Below are positions 56,119 through 64,000 of a DNA stretch of 64,000 nt, one piece after another. The notes beneath the pieces are model-generated. The model made no database searches. It worked only from the letters and a program-made list of their open reading frames with translations, and was not told the DNA's origin. A program made the position numbers and the translations under genes. Location of the stretch: contig JAKACP010000001.1 of NCBI GenBank assembly GCA_021821305.1, positions 4,934 through 68,933 of the forward strand. The letters are read 5' to 3'. Origin of the DNA: a bacterium. Lineage in GTDB: Bacteria > Patescibacteriota > Minisyncoccia > Moranbacterales > UBA1568. The first letter of the stretch is position 1. The number at the start of each line of letters is the position of its first letter.

Positions 56119-59100
56119 TTAGAGATCCCCGAAATTCTTTTCGGGCTCCGGTTCCGCCTCTTCCCCGTCGGAAGATTCGGTCTTCGCCCCCTTGAGCTCG
56201 ACGTTGAGGCACAGGCCCTTCAACTCGTTGACGAGCACGTGGAACGATGCCGGGATATTCGGGCTCTTGATCGGTTCGCCCTTGATGATGGACTCGTATG
56301 CTTTCGACCGTCCGAGCACGTCGTCCGATTTGATGGTGAGCATTTCCTGGAGCGTATACGCGGCGCCGTATCCTTCGAGCGCCCACACTTCCATTTCCCC
56401 GAAGCGCTGTCCTCCGAACTGCGCCTTGCCGCCGAGCGGCTGCTGGGTGATGAGCGAGTAGGGACCGATGGATCGCATGTGCAGCTTGTCCTCGACGAGG
56501 TGGTTGAGCTTCATGATATACATGACGCCGACCGTGGACTCGTTGTCGAACGCCTGTCCGCTCTTGCCGTCGATGAGACGGATCTTTCCGTTCTCGGGAA
56601 GGCCGGCCGCCCGGAGTTCCGTCTTGATGGTCGTTTCGGAGATGCCATCAAGCGCGGGGCTCGCTACCGTATAGCCGAGATTCCTCGCCGCCCATCCGAT
56701 GTGCGTCTCGAGTATCTGTCCGATGTTCATGCGGGATGCGACACCGAGCGGGTTGAGGATGATGTCGACCGGGGTACCGTCCGGGAGGTACGGCATGTCT
56801 TCCGCCGGCGCGATGTGCGAGATGACACCCTTGTTTCCGTGCCGTCCGGCGAGCTTGTCACCGACGGAGAGCTTGCGGATGCGCGCCACGGATACCTGGA
56901 TCTGTTCGAAGACACCCATCGGGAGCTTGTCCCCCTTGTTGCGGGAGAAGATCTTCACGTCGACGACCTTGCCGTGCTCCCCGTGCGGGAGATAGAGCGA
57001 GGAGTCCTTCACGTCGCGGGCCTTCTCGCCAAAGATGACGCGCAGGAGGCGTTCTTCCGCGGTGAGGTCGCCCTCTCCCTTCGGCGTGATCTTGCCGACG
57101 AGGATATCGCCGGACGAGACCTCGGCGCCGATGCGGACGATGCCGCCCTCGTCGAGGTTCTTCAGCCGATCCTCGCCGATGTTCGGGATGTCCCGGGTGA
57201 CCACCTCCGGCCCGAGCTTGGTGTCACGGACGTCGATGGAGAAATCCTCGATATGGATGGAACTATAGCGGTCCGCGTGGATGACTCGTTCCGAGACGAT
57301 GATCGCGTCCTCGTAGTTGAATCCCTCCCACGGGACGAACGCGACGAGCATGTTCTGGCCGAGCGCGAGTTCGCCGTGGTCCGTGGACGCACCGTCGGCG
57401 AGCACGTCGCCTTTCTTCACGGCCTGACCCTTGGTCACGCGGGGGACCTGGTTCATGCTCGTGAACGAGTTCGATTTGGCGAAGGTGAGCAGTTTGTATT
57501 CGCGGTCGAAATGTTCCTTCTTCGATCCGACGGGCGTCTTCTCCCGGACGACGACGTGTCCACCGTCGACGGAGATCACTTCGCCGTCGCGGACGGCGAC
57601 CGCGACCTGTCCGGAGTCCTTGGCGGCCTTGTCCTCGATGCCGGTGCCGACGATCGGCGCCTGCGGGACGACGCAGGACACGGCCTGCCGCTGCATGTTC
57701 GAGCCCATGAGCGCGCGGTTGGCGTCGTCATGCTCGAGGAACGGGATGAGCGACGTCGCGACCGAGATGCACTGCTTGGCGGAGACGTCGACATAGTCGA
57801 GTTCCGTGGCTTCGACCATTTCCGGATGCCCCTTCACGCGCGCCTCGACGAGCGCTTCGGTGATGTTGCGATGTTCGTCGAACGAGATGCCGGCATGGGC
57901 GATCGACTTGCGGTCCTCGACGATGGCGTTGATGTATTCGATATCGAGCGTCACGAACGGCTTGACGGAAACCGTCTTCCCCTTCCGCTCCTTCGCGATC
58001 TTCTCGGCGAGCTTCTCGTCGGAAATCTTCTCTCCGGACTTCGCTATGCCGGAAACATTCTCGCTCAGGATGCGGTTCATGAGCGCGTCCTTGTCCGCCG
58101 GGACTTCCTTGCTCACCTTGAGGTACGGCGTCTCGAGGAATCCGTATTCGTTCACGCGCGCATAGGTCGCGAGGTGTCCCACGAGTCCGATGTTCGGACC
58201 TTCCGGCGTCTGCACGGGGCAGATGCGACCGTAGTGGCTATGATGGACATCGCGAACCTCGAAGCCGGCGCGCTCCCGCGTGAGTCCTCCGGGACCCATG
58301 GCGGAGAGGCGGCGCTTGTGCTCGAGTTCCGCGAGCGGGTTCACCTGGTCCATGAACTGCGACAGCTGGGAGCTCGAGAAGAATTCCTTCACGGCGGCCG
58401 CGACGGGGCGCGGGTTCACGAGCTGGCCCGGGACGACGGTCGCGAGGTCGCAGGTGCTCATGCGGTCCTTGATGTTGCGGACCATGCGGTAGATGCCGAC
58501 GCGGAGCTTGTTCTGGATGAGCTCGCCGACCGCGCGGACGCGGCGGTTGCCGAGGTGGTCGATATCATCGGGGCGTCCGTCCGGATCGTTGGAAAGCCGA
58601 ATGACTTCCCGGATGATGAGGAGGAGGTCCTCCGTGTTGAGGATGCGGTTCGCCTCCGTGTTCTCGCGCTCGACGGAGAGGCGCTGGTTGAGGCGGTATC
58701 GTCCGACCGCGCCGAAATCGTAGCGTTCGAAGTTGAAGAACATGGAATCGATCATCTGCTTGGCATTCTCCTCGGTCGCGAGGTCGCCCGGGCGGATGCG
58801 CTTGTAGACTTCGCGGTAGGCCTCGCCGCGGTTCGGGATGGAGTCCTTGGCGAACGTCTCGTCGATATAGCGCTTCTCGGCCGTGTCGATATCGGCGAAC
58901 TCCTTGCGGATCGCCTTCTCGTCGTATCCGAACGCCTTGAGCAGGACCGTGATCGGGAGCTTGCGCTTGCGGTCGATCTTCACCGAGATGACGCCGTCGA
59001 GATCGGTCTCGATCTCGAGCCATGCGCCGCGGTTCGGGATGATCTTCGCGCCGAAGAGTTTCTTCCCCTTGTCGAACGTCATGGTGAAGAACACTCCGGG

Positions 59101-59550
59101 GCTGCGGATGAGCTGGGAGACCACGACGCGTTCCACGCCGTTTATGATGAAGGCGCCGCGCTCGGTCATGAGCGGGAATTCGCCGAGATAGATCTCCTGT
59201 TCCTTCACCTCGCCGGTCTTCTTCAGTACCAAGGTCGCCTTGGCGCGGAGCGGGGCCTCGTAGGAGATGTTCTTGGCCTTGGCCGTCTCCGGATCGTATT
59301 TCGGTTCGTCGAGATAGTAGTCGGAAAGCGAGAGTTCGAGGTCCTTCTCGGTGAAGTCGGTGATCGGGTTCACCTCGTCGAAGAGCTCCTTGAGTCCTTT
59401 CTCCCAGAACCATTCATAGGAGTCTGACTGTATCTCGATGAGGTTCGGCAGGGAGACCAACAGCTGGTCCTGGAAGAACCTCCGCTTCGAAAGCGAAGAG
59501 TGCGCGCTGAAATGCTCTTTGACACGGAGTGCCGGCTTCGCTTGGGACAT
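56119..59550 (-). CDS. rpoB: DNA-directed RNA polymerase subunit beta.
   Basis: Conserved beta-subunit regions (e.g. GRHGNKGVIS); 1143 aa. Directly upstream of rpoC. Confidence 0.95.
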   Translation of the reverse strand: MSQAKPALRVKEHFSAHSSLSKRRFFQDQLLVSLPNLIEIQSDSYEWFWEKGLKELFDEVNPITDFTEKDLELSLSDYYLDEPKYDPETAKAKNISYEAPLRAKATLVLKKTGEVKEQEIYLGEFPLMTERGAFIINGVERVVVSQLIRSPGVFFTMTFDKGKKLFGAKIIPNRGAWLEIETDLDGVISVKIDRKRKLPITVLLKAFGYDEKAIRKEFADIDTAEKRYIDETFAKDSIPNRGEAYREVYKRIRPGDLATEENAKQMIDSMFFNFERYDFGAVGRYRLNQRLSVERENTEANRILNTEDLLLIIREVIRLSNDPDGRPDDIDHLGNRRVRAVGELIQNKLRVGIYRMVRNIKDRMSTCDLATVVPGQLVNPRPVAAAVKEFFSSSQLSQFMDQVNPLAELEHKRRLSAMGPGGLTRERAGFEVRDVHHSHYGRICPVQTPEGPNIGLVGHLATYARVNEYGFLETPYLKVSKEVPADKDALMNRILSENVSGIAKSGEKISDEKLAEKIAKERKGKTVSVKPFVTLDIEYINAIVEDRKSIAHAGISFDEHRNITEALVEARVKGHPEMVEATELDYVDVSAKQCISVATSLIPFLEHDDANRALMGSNMQRQAVSCVVPQAPIVGTGIEDKAAKDSGQVAVAVRDGEVISVDGGHVVVREKTPVGSKKEHFDREYKLLTFAKSNSFTSMNQVPRVTKGQAVKKGDVLADGASTDHGELALGQNMLVAFVPWEGFNYEDAIIVSERVIHADRYSSIHIEDFSIDVRDTKLGPEVVTRDIPNIGEDRLKNLDEGGIVRIGAEVSSGDILVGKITPKGEGDLTAEERLLRVIFGEKARDVKDSSLYLPHGEHGKVVDVKIFSRNKGDKLPMGVFEQIQVSVARIRKLSVGDKLAGRHGNKGVISHIAPAEDMPYLPDGTPVDIILNPLGVASRMNIGQILETHIGWAARNLGYTVASPALDGISETTIKTELRAAGLPENGKIRLIDGKSGQAFDNESTVGVMYIMKLNHLVEDKLHMRSIGPYSLITQQPLGGKAQFGGQRFGEMEVWALEGYGAAYTLQEMLTIKSDDVLGRSKAYESIIKGEPIKSPNIPASFHVLVNELKGLCLNVELKGAKTESSDGEEAEPEPEKNFGDL

Positions 59551-59846
59551 ACGAAAATGGCCATCTCGTTCTTCTTGCTTCTTTCATCACCCGAAAAGAA
59601 ACAAGCAGGCTCGATGGTTAACAGCTTACTTATGAAATTGTGCTTCGCGTGCGGACGCTAAACATCTTCTTTGAAAAAGAAGGAACAAAAACGGCAACCC
59701 GCGTCATTCGAAAAGCGCGGTTCTTTTGTTTTGCCGAGCCGTCGCTCAGGCTACCCGGGGAAAGTCCAAGATCTTGATGTCGAGTAGGATGATGGTACCA
59801 AGAGGCCATTTTCCTGTCAAGACCGAAGATATGGCCCGGCGATCCG

Positions 59847-60134
59847 TCACTCACGAAAATGCTCCTTTCTTGCCGAAAAACGGTATGTTTCGGCCACGGT
59901 TTGCGCGATTTTCACGGATGTGAAATTGTCGGAGACTTCCGTCTCGACGGTGAAATCCGACACATCGGTCGGCCGAAGACCCTTTTCCTTGAGGATGGCA
60001 TCGATCGATTCGAAGAGCTGCCGCCCCATGTCGCGGCCTTCGGACCATTCTTTGGCGATCACCTCCGTACCGTCCTCAAGCAGGGCGAGGCGGGATTTCT
60101 CTTTTTCGACTTTCAGCGCGAACGTTCTCTCCAT
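59847..60134 (-). CDS. Hypothetical small protein, weakly TsaB/YeaZ-N-terminal-like but lacking the GPGSFTG motif.
   Basis: The pattern ...LALLEDGTEVIAKEW...DVSDFTVETEVSDNFTSVKIAQTVAETY loosely parallels TsaB. Low confidence. Confidence 0.25.
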   Translation of the reverse strand: MERTFALKVEKEKSRLALLEDGTEVIAKEWSEGRDMGRQLFESIDAILKEKGLRPTDVSDFTVETEVSDNFTSVKIAQTVAETYRFSARKEHFRE

Positions 60135-60139
60135 AATTC

Positions 60140-60892
60140 CTATTTCAGTTTCTTCCAATCGAAATTCCACGGATCGGTCTTGCGCCCCGGCGCGATATCG
60201 TCATGCCCGACGACATATTTCACCCCGTGCTTCTTCCCGAGGTACGCGACGAGCGCGTTCACGCTGTCGTACTGGGCGCCCGTATATCCGGCATCCTCGT
60301 CACCCAGGATCTCGATGCCGATCGAAAATCCGTTCACGTTCGTCCGTCCGTCGGGCATCTTGGAGTTCCCTGCATGGTACGCGATGTCCTCGTCCTCGAC
60401 CAGGCGATAGATCGTCCCCTTCCGATCGATCATGTAGTGCGGCGCGACATCGTATGATTTCCAGATATCGATCACCTTGTCGACCGAATACCGGTCCCCG
60501 CCTTGGTTGTTGTACGACGAGTGGAGCACGGCCGTGTCGATCGATCTCCCGGAGCTTTCGGCATATCCGAACGAGACAAGACGATTCCGTATGGAAGGAG
60601 CATCGTCAGACGCGGCCGGTTTTTTTGGCTCGTCGGCTTCGGCGGTCTTCGTCGGCTGTGAATTCTCAGCCGTCGGCTCTTTCACCTGCTCCATGGCTTC
60701 GGCAGTCTGTTCCTCGACCGTTTTCACGACTTCCTCCGCCGCCGCGGGCGCCGGTATCTCCGCGGAGAGATTTTCGACGGCCGGAGCGACAGCATTCTCC
60801 ACGACCAAACTCGCCTCGGGAGCGCTGAGGATGAAATACCCCGCCCCGAAGGCCAGGGCAAGCATCGTGATTAGGATTCCGATCATTCTCAT
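60140..60892 (-). CDS. Membrane-anchored N-acetylmuramoyl-L-alanine amidase (Amidase_2 / PGRP fold).
   Basis: N-terminal TM, Ala/Glu/Pro-rich linker, then an Amidase_2 core (AYHAGNS..., GIEILGD, HDDIAPGRKTDP). Confidence 0.7.
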   Translation of the reverse strand: MRMIGILITMLALAFGAGYFILSAPEASLVVENAVAPAVENLSAEIPAPAAAEEVVKTVEEQTAEAMEQVKEPTAENSQPTKTAEADEPKKPAASDDAPSIRNRLVSFGYAESSGRSIDTAVLHSSYNNQGGDRYSVDKVIDIWKSYDVAPHYMIDRKGTIYRLVEDEDIAYHAGNSKMPDGRTNVNGFSIGIEILGDEDAGYTGAQYDSVNALVAYLGKKHGVKYVVGHDDIAPGRKTDPWNFDWKKLK

Positions 60893-60927
60893 AGTGTCTT
60901 CATTGTACGCCGGAACGGAAGAACGTA

Positions 60928-60950
60928 AAGGCCCGCAGTGTGCGGGCCTT
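60928..60950 (-). terminator. Hairpin terminator between the DUF883-like gene and the amidase gene.
   Basis: aaggcccgcagtgtgcgggcctt. The U-run is weak. Confidence 0.4.
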
Positions 60951-61012
60951 ACTCTCTTGAAATGCACTCGTTGTTCGGGATCCCTCGACTACGCTCGGGA
61001 TGACCCTTCGGG

Positions 61013-61264
61013 TCACTTCTTCCCCTTCTTCTTGCCACCGGAGAGGAGGAGAGCCGCCGCCGCGCCGAGCGCCGCGCCGACACCCGCCGCGATCGCGGCC
61101 GCCTTTTCGGGGTTCTTCTTCATGAAATCCTCGGCCTTCTTCGCGACTCCCTCGACCGACTTCTTCATCTTGAGCGCTTCTTTCTCGACGAGCTTCTTGC
61201 TCTTGTCGAGCTCCTTCTCGACCTTCGCCTTCACATCCTCCATGTTGTCCTTGAGCTGAGCCAT
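61013..61264 (-). CDS. DUF883 (ElaB/YqjD-like) membrane-anchored coiled-coil protein.
   Basis: Helical N-terminus, then NPEKAAAIAAGVGAALGAAAALLLSGGKKK, which parallels the YqjD C-terminal anchor NPW..GIGAAIG..LG.LLSRR. Confidence 0.55.
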   Translation of the reverse strand: MAQLKDNMEDVKAKVEKELDKSKKLVEKEALKMKKSVEGVAKKAEDFMKKNPEKAAAIAAGVGAALGAAAALLLSGGKKKGKK

Positions 61265-61313
61265 ACGCTTTTTATAATTGTTACTTGGTTTATCAGTATA
61301 ATATAAAGTACGT

Positions 61314-61640
61314 TCACCGCTCCCGTTTCCATAAAGCGGAGAGTATGACCGCTGTCGAGAACACGAGCGTCCCGACGAGTACCTGACCGACTCCCGGCAC
61401 TCCATAGAGGAAATCGAGCAGTCTCGCGAAGCCGGAGAGCAGGAACCACATCCCGAATATCGCGAGGACGAGGACGAGCCCGCGCCGGGCGATGCGACTC
61501 AGTATGTCTTCCACGCCGACTGCGACACCGTCGAAGAGCTTGCCCACGAGCGATTGCACGCTCCCGAACACCGTCTCGAAAATCCACGAGAAGTCCAGGC
61601 CCTTGCCATCCTTCTTTTTCGACGTGTTCACATCCGACAT
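61314..61640 (-). CDS. Holin-X / DUF1469 (YqjE-like) small two-TM membrane protein.
   Basis: About 108 aa with an amphipathic N-terminus, two TM helices and a basic C-terminus (LWKRER). Paired with a DUF883 gene as in yqjD-yqjE. Confidence 0.45.
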   Translation of the reverse strand: MSDVNTSKKKDGKGLDFSWIFETVFGSVQSLVGKLFDGVAVGVEDILSRIARRGLVLVLAIFGMWFLLSGFARLLDFLYGVPGVGQVLVGTLVFSTAVILSALWKRER

Positions 61641-61904
61641 GATTCTTCTTTCAAAATTCATTACCCGACTCACCTATTATAGCACAAATAACCGACGTGG
61701 TCAAAGCGATTATCACGCGAAACGCATCTTCGCCGCAGGTATGTCGACACATGAGCGGGCCAGCCGATCAAAAAACTCCCCGCAAGGGGGAGTTTTCTTT
61801 TTGGAGCGGGTAAGGGGAATCCCCGCCCGCCTGACCGTAACAATTTTGAGCGAGATACGGGAATCCCTGCCTGCCGGCAGGCAGGGAACCCGTCATTGCT
61901 GATG

Positions 61905-61975
61905 AGCGGGATACGAGAATCGAACTCGCGTCCTTAGCTTGGGAAGCTAATGTACTGCCATTGTACTAATCCCGC
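61905..61975 (-). tRNA. tRNA-Gly, anticodon CCC.
   Basis: Hand-folded. Acceptor GCGGGAT/ATCCCGC, U8, D-stem GTAC/GTAC, anticodon stem TTAGC/GCTAA with loop TTCCCAA, T-arm GCGAG-TTCGATT-CTCGT, discriminator U. 71 nt. Confidence 0.75.
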
Positions 61976-62083
61976 TTCGACAGGGAACATTGTAGCATAC
62001 GCGCCGTGCCTGTCTACCAGGAACGTCTTTTCAAAGTATCTCCTTCATGATAGACTCCGCTGGTAAAAAACCTGGAAAAAATC

Positions 62084-63508
62084 ATGAAATTGACACTCAC
62101 CCGCGGCCGGATCATCGCGCTTTCGGCACTCCTTCTGGTCGCGATAGGAGGCATTATCCTGTTCTTCTATGCCAAGGAACACAAGGAGGAATTCGCGGCC
62201 GGCGGGTTCGCCCTGTTCGAAAGGGTCTCGAAACTGCTCCCCCTCGAACCGGACACGAAGAAGGAGATAGAGGTCATCGGATCGCTCGTCTCGAAGTTCA
62301 CCCAGACCGACGGGGAAACCCATACGTTCTTCCTCATGCTCCAGAACAACTACGAGCTCCGTCCGGGCGGAGGATTTCTCGGCCAGTACGCGATCCTGAA
62401 GGTGAAGGACGGGAAGATCGTCTCCTTCGTCTTCGAGGATGCCAACCTCCTCGACCAGCGGATCAAGGACGCCGGCATCAAGGTGACGCCTCCGTGGCCG
62501 CTCACGCGCTACGCCCAGATCAAGCGCTGGATGCTCCGGGATTCCAACTTCTCCCCCGATTTTCCCACGAACGCGGCCAAGGCCGAGTATTTCTACCGGC
62601 TCGGAGGCGGACGCGAACGGCTTGACGGCGTCATCGCCATCAACGCCGACGTGTTGAATCACGTCATCGGCGTCGTCGGCCCGATCACGATTCCCGGTTT
62701 CGGCACGTACACCGCGGAGAACGCCGCGATCGATCTCGAGGAAGACGTCGAGAAGGCCTATCTCGGGGACGACATCCCGGCCGAGCTCAAGCAGAACCGG
62801 AAAAACGTCATGAAACGGCTCGCGGCGGAAATCATCGGGCGCATCGACGGACTCGATGACGTACAGAAGCTCGCGAACCTCGGCCTCGAGGAGCTCCGCG
62901 ACAAGAATGTCCAGCTCTTCTTCAAGGATGCCGAACTCCAGAAAGAGGTCGAGAGCGTCCACTGGGACGGGGCGGTATCGAAAGACTGGAACAAGGACTA
63001 CCTCATGGTCGTCGATGCCAACCTCGGAGCCCTCAAGAGCGACTACTACGTCCGGCGATCGCTCGATTACACCGTCGACTTCACCGGAGAGAAACCCAAG
63101 GCGACCGTGCTTTACACCTACAACCATACGGCGACCCACGGAGACTGGCGCACGAGCGACTACCATACCTATACCCGCGTCCTCGCACCTTCCGGCTCCT
63201 CATATATCGACCAAAGCCGCGTAAAGACCGGTGGCGTCTCATCGCAGGAATCAGCGGAGTGGAACAAGATGGTCTTCGGCTACAAGGTCGATGCCCTTAT
63301 CGGGTCCACGCTTCCGACCTCGATCAGCTACGAGCTTCCCCCGACGATCACGGCCGACGGCTACGAGCTCCTCATCCAGAAGCAATCCGGCACCGGAACC
63401 ATCCCCGTCAAAGTGACCATAAAGACCCCGGGAAAGGAGTACGTGCAGACCGCCGAACTCAAGAAAGACCTCCACCTCTCGATACGGACCTCCGAGGAGG
63501 GGAAATAA
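62084..63508 (+). CDS. DUF4012-domain membrane-anchored protein.
   Basis: N-terminal TM plus the characteristic ELRPGGGFLGQY motif. Confidence 0.65.
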   Translation: MKLTLTRGRIIALSALLLVAIGGIILFFYAKEHKEEFAAGGFALFERVSKLLPLEPDTKKEIEVIGSLVSKFTQTDGETHTFFLMLQNNYELRPGGGFLGQYAILKVKDGKIVSFVFEDANLLDQRIKDAGIKVTPPWPLTRYAQIKRWMLRDSNFSPDFPTNAAKAEYFYRLGGGRERLDGVIAINADVLNHVIGVVGPITIPGFGTYTAENAAIDLEEDVEKAYLGDDIPAELKQNRKNVMKRLAAEIIGRIDGLDDVQKLANLGLEELRDKNVQLFFKDAELQKEVESVHWDGAVSKDWNKDYLMVVDANLGALKSDYYVRRSLDYTVDFTGEKPKATVLYTYNHTATHGDWRTSDYHTYTRVLAPSGSSYIDQSRVKTGGVSSQESAEWNKMVFGYKVDALIGSTLPTSISYELPPTITADGYELLIQKQSGTGTIPVKVTIKTPGKEYVQTAELKKDLHLSIRTSEEGK

Positions 63509-63535
63509 TCATCAACCGTTAACGATCACTCCCCT

Positions 63536-64000
63536 ATGGAACAGCGCCTCTCCGAAATCCGCCACTCGCTCGCGCACGTCCTCGCCATCGCGGTACTGAG
63601 GCGCGATCCGGGTGCGCAGCTCGCGACCGGGCCCGTGACCGACGACGGATTCTTCTACGATATCCGCTTCTCCGAGGGGAAGGCCGTCTCCGTCGACGAC
63701 TTCAAGGACCTGCAGAAGGAGATGCGCTCGATCATCCGGAAGAACCTGCCCTTCGTCCGGAAGGCGGTCACCGCGCAGGAGGCGCGGGAGCTGTTTCGGG
63801 ATAATCCGTTCAAGCTCGAGATCATCGGGGGGCTCGAGAAGGAAGGCAGCGAGATAACCCTCTACGAGACGGGCGATCCCGGATCGGAGTCCGGGACAAG
63901 TTTCACCGACCTGTGCGCCGGAGGGCACGTGGGAAACACGAGCGAGATCGACCCGGAATGCTTCGCCCTCAAAGGTGTCGCCGGCGCGTACTGGCACGGC
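63536..64000 (+). CDS. thrS: Threonyl-tRNA synthetase. Only the N-terminal part is in the window; the gene runs off the right edge.
   Basis: RHSLAHVLAIAV (ThrS second additional domain). No TGS domain was seen at the N-terminus. Confidence 0.75.
   Translation, partial: MEQRLSEIRHSLAHVLAIAVLRRDPGAQLATGPVTDDGFFYDIRFSEGKAVSVDDFKDLQKEMRSIIRKNLPFVRKAVTAQEARELFRDNPFKLEIIGGLEKEGSEITLYETGDPGSESGTSFTDLCAGGHVGNTSEIDPECFALKGVAGAYWHG

Noticed and set aside
60140-61640. Holin-like gene plus amidase interpreted as a prophage lysis cassette.
   Set aside because: No capsid, terminase, integrase or other phage genes are nearby. The intervening gene is DUF883/YqjD-like, which pairs with DUF1469 in non-phage yqjDE operons. 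The amidase has a housekeeping-type TM anchor.

Overview
This is a GC-rich bacterial chromosomal segment, almost fully coding, and most genes run on the minus strand. Its core is a fused str/S10/spc ribosomal supercluster read right-to-left: rpsL-rpsG-fusA-tuf-rpsJ-rplC-rplD-rplW-rplB-rpsS-rplV-rpsC-rplP-rpmC-rpsQ-rplN-rplX-rplE-rpsZ-rpsH-rplF-rplR-rpsE-rplO-secY-adk-map. There is no L30 gene between rpsE and rplO, and the alpha operon (infA...rpoA-rplQ) does not follow map; ruvX and manC follow instead. Other housekeeping genes present are rpoB-rpoC, ftsA-ftsZ-nrdR, a split comEC, ndk, ybeY-dgkA, rpsU, a HIT protein, hisS, lepB, an LCP protein, pth, rplY, gyrB, efp, rpsR-ssb-rpsF (no L9), recA, a rodZ-like gene, ftsK and the start of thrS. 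There are several cell-wall hydrolases (an Amidase_2, an M15-like peptidase and a coiled-coil lytic-transglycosylase-like protein) and two large secreted surface proteins. Two tRNAs were identified, tRNA-Pro(GGG) and tRNA-Gly(CCC). Missing L30 and L9, the compact layout and the large surface proteins point to a Candidate Phyla Radiation/Patescibacteria-type organism; this is inference. The main unexplained content is a three-copy family of roughly 125-140 bp imperfect-palindromic repeats that each fill an intergenic spacer. There are also a second nested-palindrome element, structured spacers inside the ribosomal operon, and a lower-GC tRNA-adjacent segment holding a frameshifted ORF pair. No CRISPR array, rRNA gene or obvious prophage was seen.
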